Assembly (NCBI GenBank): GCA_965214605.1
Contig: OZ243961.1
Coordinates: forward strand, 3,584,001-3,648,000
Length of the DNA: 64,000 bases
Direction of reading: 5' to 3'
Origin: an uncultured Candidatus Binatia bacterium
GTDB taxonomy: Bacteria; Desulfobacterota; Binatia; Bin18
The notes under the pieces are model-generated. The model worked only from the letters and a program-made list of their open reading frames with translations, had not been told where the DNA came from and ran no database searches. A program made the position numbers and the translations under genes. Shown here one piece after another: positions 10,661 through 20,451 of this stretch; positions within the stretch are counted from its first letter, which is position 1, and each line of letters opens with the position of its first letter.

Positions 10661-11013
10661 ACCCGTTGGTAGAGAAGAGCGGTGAGCCGCTCAACACTGT
10701 CACGGCGTTCGAGCAAGACGGCTAGGCGTTCCAGCTCCGTTGCGTCGCACACCAGCTCCAAGAACGGGCGCAAACCGTGCAAAACCTGGCTCCCGATAAA
10801 ATTGAGCGGTCCGACAGACTCCAAAAGCAGTATGGCCGGCGCTTCTAAGCGTCGCCGGGTAAGACGCCGCGCAATGTTTTCTAGCAGCGCATGCTCCTCC
10901 GCCGTCAGCGGCGAGGGATGAGAGGAGAGAGCAAAGGCATGGCTGAGGGCGTGGCGCAGTTTTTTCCAGGCAGACACGCGGTTGTATATCTCAGATTTGT
11001 TTTGCCGGGGCAA
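10657..11013 (-). CDS. Small helical hypothetical protein heading the GlmL-like operon
   Basis: 118-aa ORF, stop overlaps the next ATG (ATGA); PAILLLESVGPLNFIGSQ. Confidence 0.7.
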   Translation of the reverse strand: MPRQNKSEIYNRVSAWKKLRHALSHAFALSSHPSPLTAEEHALLENIARRLTRRRLEAPAILLLESVGPLNFIGSQVLHGLRPFLELVCDATELERLAVLLERRDSVERLTALLYQRV

Positions 11014-11115
11014 TGGGAGGGGGAGCGATCCGCTCTCTGATCACAGTGACGCAGTGAGGATGTCTGTCCTGCCCCCTTCTCTCGTCCCCCCTCTCTGCTC
11101 GCCGCTCAGCGCGGG

Positions 11116-12105
11116 TCATTCACTGTACAAATGACACCGGACCTGGTGTGCGGGAAACTGTACAAGCGGTGGCGGAACGGTTTTGCAGTGGTCCATGACT
11201 TGCGGACACCGCGTATGAAACGGGCAGCCTGACGGAGGGTTGAGTGGGGACGGGACATCGCCAGTGAGGACAGCTCGTTCCGTCCGCGCAGTTGGATCGG
11301 GCACGGGATTGGCAGACATGAGCGCCAAGGTGTACGGATGCCGGGGGTTGCGAAAGAGATCGTCAACCGGGGCGACTTCAACGAGCTTGCCGAGATACAT
11401 GACCGCCGCCCGGTCGGCGATATGTTCAACGACGCTCAGGTCGTGCGAAATAAACAAATATGACAGTCCAAAATCACGCTGTAGATCCTGGAGGAGATTG
11501 AGAATCTGGGCTTGGATGGACACGTCTAGCGCGGAGACCGGCTCATCACAGACGATAAACTGTGGTTGGAGCGCTAAGGAGCGGGCGATGCCAATGCGCT
11601 GACGTTGTCCACCCGAAAATTCGTGCGGGTAGCGTGACCGATACGTTGGCGAGAGGCCAACCCGCTCTAAGAGGGCGCTAACCTGACGGTCTAACTCATC
11701 TCCTCGGGCGAGCGCGTGGACTTTAAGCGCCTCACCAACAATCGCCCCGACGGTCATACGTGGGTTGAGTGAGCTATAGGGGTCTTGGAAGATGATCTGC
11801 ATTTGCCGTCGAGCCTGGCGAACCTGGGCTGGGGTCAACTGAGAAAAGTTCTGCCCCTGAAAAAACACCTCTCCGGCAGTGGGTTCGATGAGACGTAAAA
11901 GGGTTCTCCCAACCGTGGTTTTGCCACAACCCGACTCGCCGACTAGTCCGAACGTTTCTTGGGGGTGAATGGCAAAGGACACACCGTCAACCGCCTTAAC
12001 CCACGCAGAGATGCGCGAGAAGATACCGCTGCGCACCGGGTAGTATTTCTTGAGGTCTCGCACTTCGACTAAGGCCGAGGTAGAGGGGGTCGGATCGTCT
12101 GCCAT
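11116..12105 (-). CDS. Oligopeptide/dipeptide ABC transporter ATPase (OppF/DppF type)
   Basis: [37 protein letters not shown]-terminal [10 protein letters not shown]. Confidence 0.95.
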   Translation of the reverse strand: MADDPTPSTSALVEVRDLKKYYPVRSGIFSRISAWVKAVDGVSFAIHPQETFGLVGESGCGKTTVGRTLLRLIEPTAGEVFFQGQNFSQLTPAQVRQARRQMQIIFQDPYSSLNPRMTVGAIVGEALKVHALARGDELDRQVSALLERVGLSPTYRSRYPHEFSGGQRQRIGIARSLALQPQFIVCDEPVSALDVSIQAQILNLLQDLQRDFGLSYLFISHDLSVVEHIADRAAVMYLGKLVEVAPVDDLFRNPRHPYTLALMSANPVPDPTARTERAVLTGDVPSPLNPPSGCPFHTRCPQVMDHCKTVPPPLVQFPAHQVRCHLYSE

Positions 12106-12113
12106 CGTCTGAA

Positions 12114-13103
12114 TTATTCCTCGCAGTGCACTCCGTGCTGGTCGTACAGCCAACAGGCGGTCTCGTGGCCGAACTCGACGCTTGTCACCCGCGGCTGTTG
12201 AGTTGGGCAGCAATCGAGAGCCGCCGGACAACGAGGAGCAAAAGCACAGCCTGGGAGGTAGAACAACGGTGAGGGAACAGTGCCCGTGATAGCGGGGAGA
12301 CGCTCGGCACGGCGCCCCCGACGGGGGACAGCTTGGAGTAAGGCCTGGGTGTAGGGGTGGGCAGGCTTTTGAAATAGAGCGCGAACCGGGGCGCGTTCAA
12401 TAATTTTGCCCGCGTACATAACTGCGACGGTCTGGGCAAATTGCGCCACGACGCCGAGGTTATGGGTGATGAGAAGAATCGCCATCCCGATCTCATCTTG
12501 GAGTCGTTTGAGCAGGTCGAGAATCTGGGCCTGAACAGTGACATCTAAGGCGGTTGTTGGTTCGTCGGCAAGTAATAAATCGGGGCGGCAGGCAAGGGCT
12601 ATGGCAATCATGACCCGTTGTTTCATCCCGCCCGACAGCTCGTGTGGATATTGGTCAAAACGCTGTACGGGCGAGGGAATACCGACCAATTCAAGCAACC
12701 TCAGCACTTCCTGTTTTGCCTCCTGCTCAGATAGTCCTTGATGGAACTGGAGGACTTCTCTGATCTGATTGCCAATCGGAAAAACTGGATTCAGCGAAGT
12801 CATGGGTTCTTGAAAAATCATCCCAATCGATTTGCCACGAATGGCCCGAAGGGCAGGTTCAGGCAAGCGGACGAGGTCCTGCCCCTGATACAAAAGAGAA
12901 CCGTGTACAATGCGGCCTGGAGACTCAATCAGACGCATAATCGAAAGGGCAGTCGCGGACTTCCCGCATCCAGACTCGCCAACGAGGGCCAGCGTCTGTC
13001 CCGGCTCGATTGTGAGATCAATGCCACGAATGGCCTGCACTTCCCCTTTGTCGGTGAAAAATGAGACGTGGAGGTCGCGAATGGTGAGTAGAGGAGCGGT
13101 CAT
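12114..13103 (-). CDS. Oligopeptide/dipeptide ABC transporter ATPase (OppD/DppD type)
   Basis: [39 protein letters not shown]. Confidence 0.95.
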   Translation of the reverse strand: MTAPLLTIRDLHVSFFTDKGEVQAIRGIDLTIEPGQTLALVGESGCGKSATALSIMRLIESPGRIVHGSLLYQGQDLVRLPEPALRAIRGKSIGMIFQEPMTSLNPVFPIGNQIREVLQFHQGLSEQEAKQEVLRLLELVGIPSPVQRFDQYPHELSGGMKQRVMIAIALACRPDLLLADEPTTALDVTVQAQILDLLKRLQDEIGMAILLITHNLGVVAQFAQTVAVMYAGKIIERAPVRALFQKPAHPYTQALLQAVPRRGRRAERLPAITGTVPSPLFYLPGCAFAPRCPAALDCCPTQQPRVTSVEFGHETACWLYDQHGVHCEE

Positions 13104-14075
13104 CTAACGATTCCGTAACCGGGGGTTGAGCGCCTCACGCAGACCTTCGCCGACAAGGTTAAATGCGAGGACAACAACAAAAATGGCAAGACCTGGAATA
13201 AAAAAGAGCCAAGGAGCATCAAAGATGAACCCTCTGCCGCTGGCCAGAATATTCCCCCAGGTTGCATACGGTGGCTGCACGCCAAATCCGAGAAAGCTCA
13301 ACCCAGACTCGGTGAGGATAGCACCGGCTACCCCAATAGTGGCCGAGACGAGCACCGGAGCAATGGCGTTGGGAACCATATGCCGAAAGATAATACGGGT
13401 GGCGGACATTCCTAGGGCGTGCGCGGCGACCACAAAGTCCTGTTCACGCAGGGCTAAAAACTCGGCGCGCACAAAACGTGCTGTGGCCATCCAGCTCGTC
13501 AGGCCAATCACAATCATAATGTTGTAGATACTTGGCGGGAGGAGCACTATGACAGTCAGAATGAGAAAGAAAGTTGGAAAGCACAGCATAAGGTCGGTAA
13601 ATCGCATAATCAGCGTATCGACCGTGATGAGGCCGAGCTTGACGGTGCCGTAAAAGCCGGCCAAGCCACCCAAGATAATCCCAATCGTGACCGAAATGCC
13701 GACAGCGATAAATCCGATCGATAGCGAGACAAACGATCCCTGCAGCATACGCGCAAACACATCCCGGCCCAGTTCGTCCGTGCCGAGCAGATAGAGGCTC
13801 CACAGCGGGTGGTGTCCGGCTGGGATGAGATCAGTCGACGCCGCGGACAGGGGCGGTAAAAATTTGTCCGGCAGGCGCGTGGTGACTGGATCGAAAAGAA
13901 CAATCCATTCGGTCAAGATTTTCCCCGCAGCGGCCATGAGCACTAGCAGCGCGAGGATTCCCAAACTGCCGAGGGCTAGCCGATCTTTCTTAAAGATCCG
14001 CCAGGCTTCCTGGAGCGGCGTCTCCGCTTGCGCAAGATCGGTCTCTGCTGTGGTGGGGGGGGAGGCAGCCATCAT
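13104..14075 (-). CDS. Peptide ABC transporter permease (OppC type)
   Basis: LGTDELGRDV, EAA-like loop, ESGLSFLGFG, FNLVGEGLREALNP. Confidence 0.94.
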   Translation of the reverse strand: MMAASPPTTAETDLAQAETPLQEAWRIFKKDRLALGSLGILALLVLMAAAGKILTEWIVLFDPVTTRLPDKFLPPLSAASTDLIPAGHHPLWSLYLLGTDELGRDVFARMLQGSFVSLSIGFIAVGISVTIGIILGGLAGFYGTVKLGLITVDTLIMRFTDLMLCFPTFFLILTVIVLLPPSIYNIMIVIGLTSWMATARFVRAEFLALREQDFVVAAHALGMSATRIIFRHMVPNAIAPVLVSATIGVAGAILTESGLSFLGFGVQPPYATWGNILASGRGFIFDAPWLFFIPGLAIFVVVLAFNLVGEGLREALNPRLRNR

Positions 14076-15037
14076 TACTGTAACCGGATGCGGGGATCAA
14101 CAACGGCGTAGAGTACGTCTGAAACGAAAGTGCCGGTCAAGGTCAACGTTGCGGCAATGAAGTTGAGAGTCAAGATAACGGGAAAATCCCGGGCCAGGAT
14201 AGCTTCGTAGCCGAGCCGTCCTAAGCCGGGCCAGGCGAAAATCTGTTCAAAGATGACGGAGCCGCCAATTAATCCTGGTAACAAAAACCCGAACATCGTG
14301 ACAAAGGGCAGCAGTGCGTTGCGTAAGGCGTGGCGATAGATCACGGTGTCTTCGGTCAAGCCCTTTGCCCGTGCCGTGCGCACATAGTCCTGGCGGATAA
14401 CTTCGAGCATTTGGGACCGAACATAGCGAGAAAGAATGGCAATGCCGGCCACCGCCGACATGAAGGACGGTACAACGAGGTGCCAGAGTCTGTCCATCCA
14501 GCGAAAGGCGGGCTGGGCGTTTTCCATACCAAATGTCCGCATCCCAATAACAGGAACGTTGAAAAGGTCTACGACCCATTGAATAGCGAGATAGGACAGA
14601 AAAAAGCCTGGAATAGAGATAAAGGCGTATGCTACGAAGGTGGTTGAGCGATCAAATGAAGAGCCACGCCGGATAGCTGCTTGGATGCCGGTGGGAAAAG
14701 ACAAGCTCCACACAATGATTGTGGCGCAAATGAAGAGGGGGAGGGAGTTGAGAAATCGACGCCAGATTTTTGGGAGAACGGGCTGGCTGTCTTTAAACGA
14801 CTTCAGCTCGCCGGTTGCCAGATCATGCAACCAGTAGATGTACTGTAAATAGAGCGGTTCGTCTAAATGGAACGCCTCACGAATGCGAGCGATATCCTCA
14901 GGCTTCATGCGAGGATTGGCTGGGTCTACCTCACTCGGCTCACCTGGCGCAAGATGGACGACTGAGAAGGCCAGGATGGAAATAATGACTAAGAGAACGA
15001 GACGCTGGAAAATCGCCCGAAAAAGAAAAGCCGGCAT
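14075..15037 (-). CDS. Peptide ABC transporter permease (OppB type)
   Basis: HLAPGEP, DYVRTARAKGL, HALRNALLP, EQIFAWPGLG, YAVVDPRI. Confidence 0.94.
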   Translation of the reverse strand: MPAFLFRAIFQRLVLLVIISILAFSVVHLAPGEPSEVDPANPRMKPEDIARIREAFHLDEPLYLQYIYWLHDLATGELKSFKDSQPVLPKIWRRFLNSLPLFICATIIVWSLSFPTGIQAAIRRGSSFDRSTTFVAYAFISIPGFFLSYLAIQWVVDLFNVPVIGMRTFGMENAQPAFRWMDRLWHLVVPSFMSAVAGIAILSRYVRSQMLEVIRQDYVRTARAKGLTEDTVIYRHALRNALLPFVTMFGFLLPGLIGGSVIFEQIFAWPGLGRLGYEAILARDFPVILTLNFIAATLTLTGTFVSDVLYAVVDPRIRLQ

Positions 15038-15058
15038 CGCTTGCCTGAGCCCGCCCAC

Positions 15059-17179
15059 CTAGAAGGCGGGGGTGAATTCCAGTTTCCGCCATTTATTAAA
15101 ATAGAAGCGGATGCTGCCGCTCTTGGTCGGGTAAATTTTTTCGTAGCGTTCATCGCCGTCGGCCTCTCTTTCGACCAAGACAATTTTTTTGTCTAAGACC
15201 ATTGTTGACCGTGCAACGTACAGAAAGGTGTAGGGCTGGTCTTCGGCGATCAACTGGTGCAGGCGGTGGGCTAAGGCGCGTTGTCGGGCGGGGTCATACT
15301 CTTGGCGAATACGGACGATTAGCTCATCGGCGTGGGGATTGTTATACCCGACAAAGTTGAGCTGATGAGGGCCCGTCTGGCTCGAGTGAAAAAGGTCGTA
15401 CAGGTCGGGATCTATGCTCATGCTCCAGCCCAAAACAACAGCATCAAACGAGCCCGTATTGACAAAATCTTTCAGGAAGACCGTCCACTCAAAGACCTGG
15501 GTATGACATTGCACCCCAATCCTTTTCCAGGCGTCCTGGGCAATTGTCATGATATTCGAACGGACGAGATTTCCATTGTTCGTGATCAGCGTGAACTCAA
15601 AGAGTTGCCCGTCTTTCTCAAGCCAGCCTTCGTCGTTGCGTCGCCAGCCGACTTCTTCGAGCAAACGTTGGGCACCGTCCGGGTCATACTGGAGGGGGGG
15701 GATGGTCGGGTCATACCACTGGGTTTGGCGTGGGTAGGGACCGGTGATCTGTTCACCTTCTCCGTATAAGAGGTAGGTGATGATCTCATCAACATTAATA
15801 GCCATGCCAAGCGCCTGCCGGACACGTTTATCCGCAAACAGAGGGCGGCGATTGTTATACGCGATGTATGAATACCCGAGTCCCAGGCTGGAAAAAGACT
15901 GATACGCATCCTCCTGTTTATAGCGAGCAACTTGATGCGGCCGCACTCCGTAGGAGTCAATCGCCCCACTTTTAAACTCAATCTCTTGAGTCAAGAGTTC
16001 GGGAAGGATGCGAAAATAATAGTTTTCATATTCAGGGATCCGATCCCAGTAGTCGGTGTTATGCTTGAGGTGAATAAATTCGTCACCCTGCCACTCAACA
16101 AAGCGAAATGGACCAGTCCCGATTGGAGAACGGTTGAACTGACTGTCACGCATGCCAAATTTTTCCCGCGCCGTGTCCGACAACTGCCGGGTCTCCATTT
16201 CTGTTTCAAGCGCCTGGGCGTTGAGTAAATGTTCGGGCAAAATACCCGTGGTCCAGGCGTTAATAGCCGGCGAATAGAGGCGTTTGTAGGTGATCTGGAC
16301 GGTGTGGGGATTAAGAATCTCAACGTGTTTAATCGGCTCGTAGGACGAGGTCCGGGGCGAGATATTGCGCGGATTCATAAGGGCTTCATAGGTGAATTTG
16401 ACGTCACCGGCGTCGAACGGATGGCCGTCGTGAAAGCGAACGTCCTGGCGCAAATGAAGCTCAATAACCGGGTTATGCTCTGCCACAGGTAATAAGTCTG
16501 GAAAGTGTGCCTGTACGCTCTCAGTCAAAGCGGACTGTGGCACAGTGATGTGGTCGTGGTAGGGAAAGTTTTGGAAATACGCTTCACCCAAGAGTGGGGT
16601 GAGCGGCTGAAAGAAATCTTGTTCGACCTGCTGTAAGGCGAACTCAATGCGCTCAGGAACGCGAATGCTGAGGTCAATGGGTTCTTTCGCTTGTCCCTGC
16701 TCGTCCGGTGTAGCAATTATGAGTGTTTCGGTTTTTTCCTCGGTAGGCAGCAGCCGCATTGAAAGGAGGAGGCCGTCGAATTCGGGGAGGTGGCCATCCG
16801 CCTGAGCACGAGACAGGACCTCAAGCAGCCGCGCTCCGGTCGCGCGGCTCCCATCAGGCAAGATGAACTGTGGGCGGGCGAGCAGATAGGCTTTCTCCGT
16901 AATGGACCACTCTGTGGCCAGCCGACCCCGCAGGTTGAGGTTCTCGTCCATATCGAGCAGTCCGTCGAATAGGAGGTCGGTAATGTGACCGCTTGCCCCA
17001 TCTGAGTGGAGGATAGGATTAAGCAGTCTGGCGTCGGCAATAGAGGCCGTAATATGGGTGCGGAGGCGGGCAGGATTGCCAACAGACTGCTTTTCATAGC
17101 TCGGAACCCAGAAGTATGACTGCAACAAAAGCGCAATCAAGGCAAGGGGAGTGAGAATGAGAAGCTGTTTTGCACGCAT
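15059..17179 (-). CDS. Family-5 (peptide/nickel) ABC substrate-binding protein with an internal insertion
   Basis: LRQDVRFHDGHPFDAGDVKFTY, PIGTGPFRF, RVRQALGMAIN; N-terminal hydrophobic anchor. Confidence 0.92.
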   Translation of the reverse strand: MRAKQLLILTPLALIALLLQSYFWVPSYEKQSVGNPARLRTHITASIADARLLNPILHSDGASGHITDLLFDGLLDMDENLNLRGRLATEWSITEKAYLLARPQFILPDGSRATGARLLEVLSRAQADGHLPEFDGLLLSMRLLPTEEKTETLIIATPDEQGQAKEPIDLSIRVPERIEFALQQVEQDFFQPLTPLLGEAYFQNFPYHDHITVPQSALTESVQAHFPDLLPVAEHNPVIELHLRQDVRFHDGHPFDAGDVKFTYEALMNPRNISPRTSSYEPIKHVEILNPHTVQITYKRLYSPAINAWTTGILPEHLLNAQALETEMETRQLSDTAREKFGMRDSQFNRSPIGTGPFRFVEWQGDEFIHLKHNTDYWDRIPEYENYYFRILPELLTQEIEFKSGAIDSYGVRPHQVARYKQEDAYQSFSSLGLGYSYIAYNNRRPLFADKRVRQALGMAINVDEIITYLLYGEGEQITGPYPRQTQWYDPTIPPLQYDPDGAQRLLEEVGWRRNDEGWLEKDGQLFEFTLITNNGNLVRSNIMTIAQDAWKRIGVQCHTQVFEWTVFLKDFVNTGSFDAVVLGWSMSIDPDLYDLFHSSQTGPHQLNFVGYNNPHADELIVRIRQEYDPARQRALAHRLHQLIAEDQPYTFLYVARSTMVLDKKIVLVEREADGDERYEKIYPTKSGSIRFYFNKWRKLEFTPAF

Positions 17180-17212
17180 ATTCCACCTGAAGCCTTACTC
17201 AAACTTCTGAGA

Positions 17213-17292
17213 TTTGTCAATTAGACATAGCCGAACCCGGTGATTGCCCCGGATCGCCCGCCCTGGTTTGTCAATTAGACGTAGCCGAACCC
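17213..17292. repeat. 26-bp direct repeat (17213-17238 and 17267-17292) in a divergent promoter region
   Basis: TTTGTCAATTAGAC(A/G)TAGCCGAACCC twice, one mismatch, 54-bp period. Confidence 0.85.
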
Positions 17293-17392
17293 CTCTCCCG
17301 TCTTTTGAGAAGGGTGGGTCGAAAGACGCATGGCTGACGACCCAAAATCTGTGTATAGTGGAAAACCCTTTCTCTATAAATGGAGCATCGCT

Positions 17393-18325
17393 ATGGCTGA
17401 GACCTATGACATTATTATTATTGGTGGCGGGGCGGCCGGCTTTAGCGCCGGCATGTACGCGGCTCGAGACGGCTGCCGAACCGTCCTCCTAGAGCGCTTC
17501 TCGGCTGGCGGCCAGGTCCTCAACTGCGAGCGGATTGAAAACTACCCTGGCTTTCCTGACGGGGTGGCCGGCTATGCTCTGGGGCCGCTGTTGCAGCAGC
17601 AGGCGATGAGTTTTGGCCTGGAAATGAAACTGACCGAGGTGGCGTCTATTCGTCTGGAGGGCGATGACAGAATAGTGGCCACAGACGCTGGCGAGCTGCG
17701 GGCTCGGGCGCTGATTGTGGCTAGCGGTTCGCACTTCGCCCCTCTGGGCATTCCGGGTGAGGAAGACTTTGCCGGCAGGGGTGTGTCGCACTGCGCGGCG
17801 TGCGACGGCGCCTTTTTTATCGATAAGCCGGTCGTAGTTGTCGGTGGTGGCGATGCCGCGGTGGACGAGGGGGTGCACCTCACCGAGTACGCCTCCGAGA
17901 TAACGCTAGTCCACCGCCGGGATACGCTACGGGCCTGTCGCGCCCTCCAAGACCGTGCCCGGCAGGCCGACAAACTCACGTTTCGGTGGAACACCGCGCT
18001 CAGGGCGATTGAGGGCCGGGAGGGCGTTGAGCGGGTATGGCTCGAAGATCTCCAAACCGGCCAGACCTCTCAGCTCGAGGTCGCCGGCGTCTTCATCTAC
18101 GTCGGCCTGACGCCCAATACCAGCTTTCTCAATGGACTCGTAGCCTTGAACGCCCAGGGCCAGATTGTGACCGACCTCCAGATGCGAAGCGCAGTGCCCG
18201 GTATTTTGGCCGCCGGCGATGTGCGTGGCGAGTCATCTCGTCAGCTGGTCTCAGCGGCTGGCGATGGAGCAACCGCGGCACTGGCCGCGGCGCGCTATAT
18301 ACGGACCGGAGAGTGGGTCGAATAA
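17393..18325 (+). CDS. trxB: Thioredoxin-disulfide reductase
   Basis: GGGAAG, IENYPG, GVSHCAACDG (CxxC), GGGDAA, HRRD, AAGDVR. Confidence 0.9.
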   Translation: MAETYDIIIIGGGAAGFSAGMYAARDGCRTVLLERFSAGGQVLNCERIENYPGFPDGVAGYALGPLLQQQAMSFGLEMKLTEVASIRLEGDDRIVATDAGELRARALIVASGSHFAPLGIPGEEDFAGRGVSHCAACDGAFFIDKPVVVVGGGDAAVDEGVHLTEYASEITLVHRRDTLRACRALQDRARQADKLTFRWNTALRAIEGREGVERVWLEDLQTGQTSQLEVAGVFIYVGLTPNTSFLNGLVALNAQGQIVTDLQMRSAVPGILAAGDVRGESSRQLVSAAGDGATAALAAARYIRTGEWVE

Positions 18326-18329
18326 GTCG

Positions 18330-18566
18330 GCGTCCACAAGCTACGAACATATCCTGGACGCCCGCGCCGGCGCGGGTGTTGATTATCTGCCCGAGCGTCT
18401 ACCGGCCACAGAGGTTTCCCGTGCGGTTTCGGTGTATTTCAGCATCTACGAGGCCCTGTCAAACGAATTGGACGGCGTCAAAGATGCGCGTTTTCTGTGC
18501 GGTGACCCGGCCTCGGTCAGCGAACTGGACCTCCTAGCGCAACAGTCCCCAAGGGGTACTCCCTGA
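18330..18566 (+). pseudogene. Fragment resembling the N-terminus of SNF2/helicase-related defence proteins
   Basis: No start codon; VSVYFSIYEALSNELDGVKDARFLCGDP resembles the recalled SIVSAYFTIYAY.AL...L....RFLFGEP motif. Confidence 0.45.
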
Positions 18567-18657
18567 CTAGAGGTCGGCTGTTGCCATACCTGGCAGCAGA
18601 AACACCTCATCCCTTGACATTCACTGGCCTGACCGGCTCCCGATAGCCGTGTGCCTC

Positions 18658-18808
18658 GGCCCTGCACCGCTGCGTATATGGCTCTGGGGGGCTCCCAGGT
18701 GGCGATCTCTACAAGTGATCCCATCTGATCCGACCTGGGTTTGCGGTCAGCTCAAAGGTCTGACAGTCCGGTCGGACTGAGGGGCAGCGGGGATGCAAGA
18801 GCAGGGCC
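18658..18808. ncRNA. Candidate structured small RNA (6S-like topology possible)
   Basis: Nested complementary segments GGCCCTGC/GCAGGGCC, CCGCTGC/GCAGCGG, CCCAGGT/ACCTGGG, GTCAG/CTGAC, CAGTCC/GGACTG between convergent genes. Confidence 0.35.
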
Positions 18809-18820
18809 CCGACAGGGGAG

Positions 18821-19276
18821 TTACTCTTCATCCTGTTCCTTCTGCCAGTAGGGCTCATTATCCAGCGGAGGGCAGGTCTCGGCCAGCTGGAACAGTACGC
18901 CACAGGCGCTTTTGGGCGAAATAAAAGCCTCGATAAAATCGGGCTCCTCCAGGTGTTTATCCACCATCCGCAGCCCTTTTTCTTCTAAGCTGGCCACCTT
19001 CTTTTTCAGACCCGGGGTTTGCATGGTGAGGTGATGCACGCCTTCGCCCCTTTTTTCTAAATATTTGGTCAAAAAACTGTCGTCAGTGGCTGGCTCAATC
19101 AGCTCAATGGTGAACTCGTGTAAGTCAAATACCGCAAAACGGAAACTGCCGTCGCGGGACGTCTTTAGAAAGCGAAACCGTGCGCCTAGCGCCTCTTCAA
19201 AGAAGATTCGTGCCTGATTAATACTATGGACGGCGATACCAATATGATCCAAACGGCCAATTTGTTCGGCTGCCAT
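18821..19276 (-). CDS. VOC/glyoxalase family protein (methylmalonyl-CoA epimerase-like)
   Basis: LDHIGIAV, IELIEP, FLTKYLEKRGEGVHH, AFISPKSACGVLFQL. Confidence 0.88.
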   Translation of the reverse strand: MAAEQIGRLDHIGIAVHSINQARIFFEEALGARFRFLKTSRDGSFRFAVFDLHEFTIELIEPATDDSFLTKYLEKRGEGVHHLTMQTPGLKKKVASLEEKGLRMVDKHLEEPDFIEAFISPKSACGVLFQLAETCPPLDNEPYWQKEQDEE

Positions 19277-19418
19277 ACCCAGTACTCCTTTCAGTCGAGG
19301 ATTTAGCCTGTCAGGCTTGGGCGGGCAAGCCGCGTGGTTATCCGTTCCGTATTTTACTGCCTCCCCCTTTGACTCCCCCTTGGCAACACGCCCATAATGT
19401 GCTTGGGAGGAGACCGTT

Positions 19419-20345
19419 ATGCACCAGGAGCAAACCGTTTCCGTCGGTCCCGAGCCGGGTTCTGTGCAGAGCTGGATTGAAGCCAGCCGTCCCTTCTCAT
19501 TTACCGCCTCAATGACCCCGGTTCTCATTGGCTCGGTACTCGGCGCGCTTGACGGCGCGTTTTGGTGGGGGCGCTTTTTCTTGGCCCTGTTTGGCTCGCT
19601 GTTTATTCATATTGGAACCAATATGGTTAACGACTATTACGACCACAAAAGCGGAGTTGATACGCTGGAGTCCAAGAGCGGCAGCCAGGTGATTCAGCGC
19701 CGCCTCCTTCCGGCTGAGCGGCTGTATTGGGGCGGGATTGTGAGCTTTGCTGTGGGGAGCCTGTTTGGCCTCGTTTTAGTCGCTCTGTGCGGCTGGCCGA
19801 TCTTAGCGCTAGGATTGCTGAGTGTGCTGGCCGGGTATTTTTATACCGCCAAGCCGTTCTCCCTGGCCTATATCACGCTGGGCGAGGCGACCGTCTTTAT
19901 TTTCATGGGGCCGGTTATCATTATTGGCGCCTACTATGTGCAGCGTGAGACCCTTGCTCCAGCGCCGCTGCTCATGTCGCTGCCGGTTGGCTGTTTGGTG
20001 GCGGCGATTCTCCAGGCCAATAATATCCGTGATATTGAAGCTGACCGGGAGCACGGCAAAAACACCCTGGCTACTGTCATCGGACGTCGGGCGGCCAACT
20101 GGGAGATGGCCGCCCTCGTGTACGGCGCTTTCGTGCTGACCGTGGGGTTAGTCGCGTTCGGCTATGCGCCGTGGCCGGTATTGCTGACCCTGCTTGCGGT
20201 AGGCTTAGCCGTTCCGGTCGTGCGGACGATCTTTCAGACCGAGGAACTCAAGGATCAGGAGATTGACGCCCAGTCTGCCCAGCTCCACCTGGCCTACGGA
20301 GTCTTGCTGATCCTCGGTCTGCTGGCGAGTCGCTTTCTGCTCTAA
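19419..20345 (+). CDS. menA: 1,4-dihydroxy-2-naphthoate prenyltransferase (UbiA/MenA family)
   Basis: RPFSFTAS, NDYYD..GVD, GE..VF..MGP, ANNIRDIEAD...GKNTLA. Confidence 0.85.
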   Translation: MHQEQTVSVGPEPGSVQSWIEASRPFSFTASMTPVLIGSVLGALDGAFWWGRFFLALFGSLFIHIGTNMVNDYYDHKSGVDTLESKSGSQVIQRRLLPAERLYWGGIVSFAVGSLFGLVLVALCGWPILALGLLSVLAGYFYTAKPFSLAYITLGEATVFIFMGPVIIIGAYYVQRETLAPAPLLMSLPVGCLVAAILQANNIRDIEADREHGKNTLATVIGRRAANWEMAALVYGAFVLTVGLVAFGYAPWPVLLTLLAVGLAVPVVRTIFQTEELKDQEIDAQSAQLHLAYGVLLILGLLASRFLL

Positions 20346-20389
20346 GCCCTGCTCAAATTCAGCCTCAACCTTAGCCGGAACACCCCGAG

Positions 20390-20418
20390 TTGACAGCTCT
20401 AGGGCTTGGTCTTACGGT
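20390..20418 (+). promoter_or_regulatory. Putative sigma70 promoter of htpX
   Basis: TTGACA-N17-TACGGT, 33 nt upstream of the ATG. Confidence 0.5.
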
Positions 20419-20451
20419 ATTGGTAAGATTTTGCTACGGAGGTGCTGATCG

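Noticed and set aside
17213-17292. Possible mini-CRISPR
   Set aside because: Only two copies, no CRISPR-like 3' handle and no cas or leader context; kept as a regulatory repeat
17393-18325. Selenocysteine in TrxB or other TGA read-through candidates
   Set aside because: The active site is plain CAAC; I saw no TGA-interrupted gene with resumed homology in this window
18658-18820. SRP RNA or retron msr-msd
   Set aside because: No SRP domain IV (CAGG..GGAA..AGCAG) motif and no reverse transcriptase in the window
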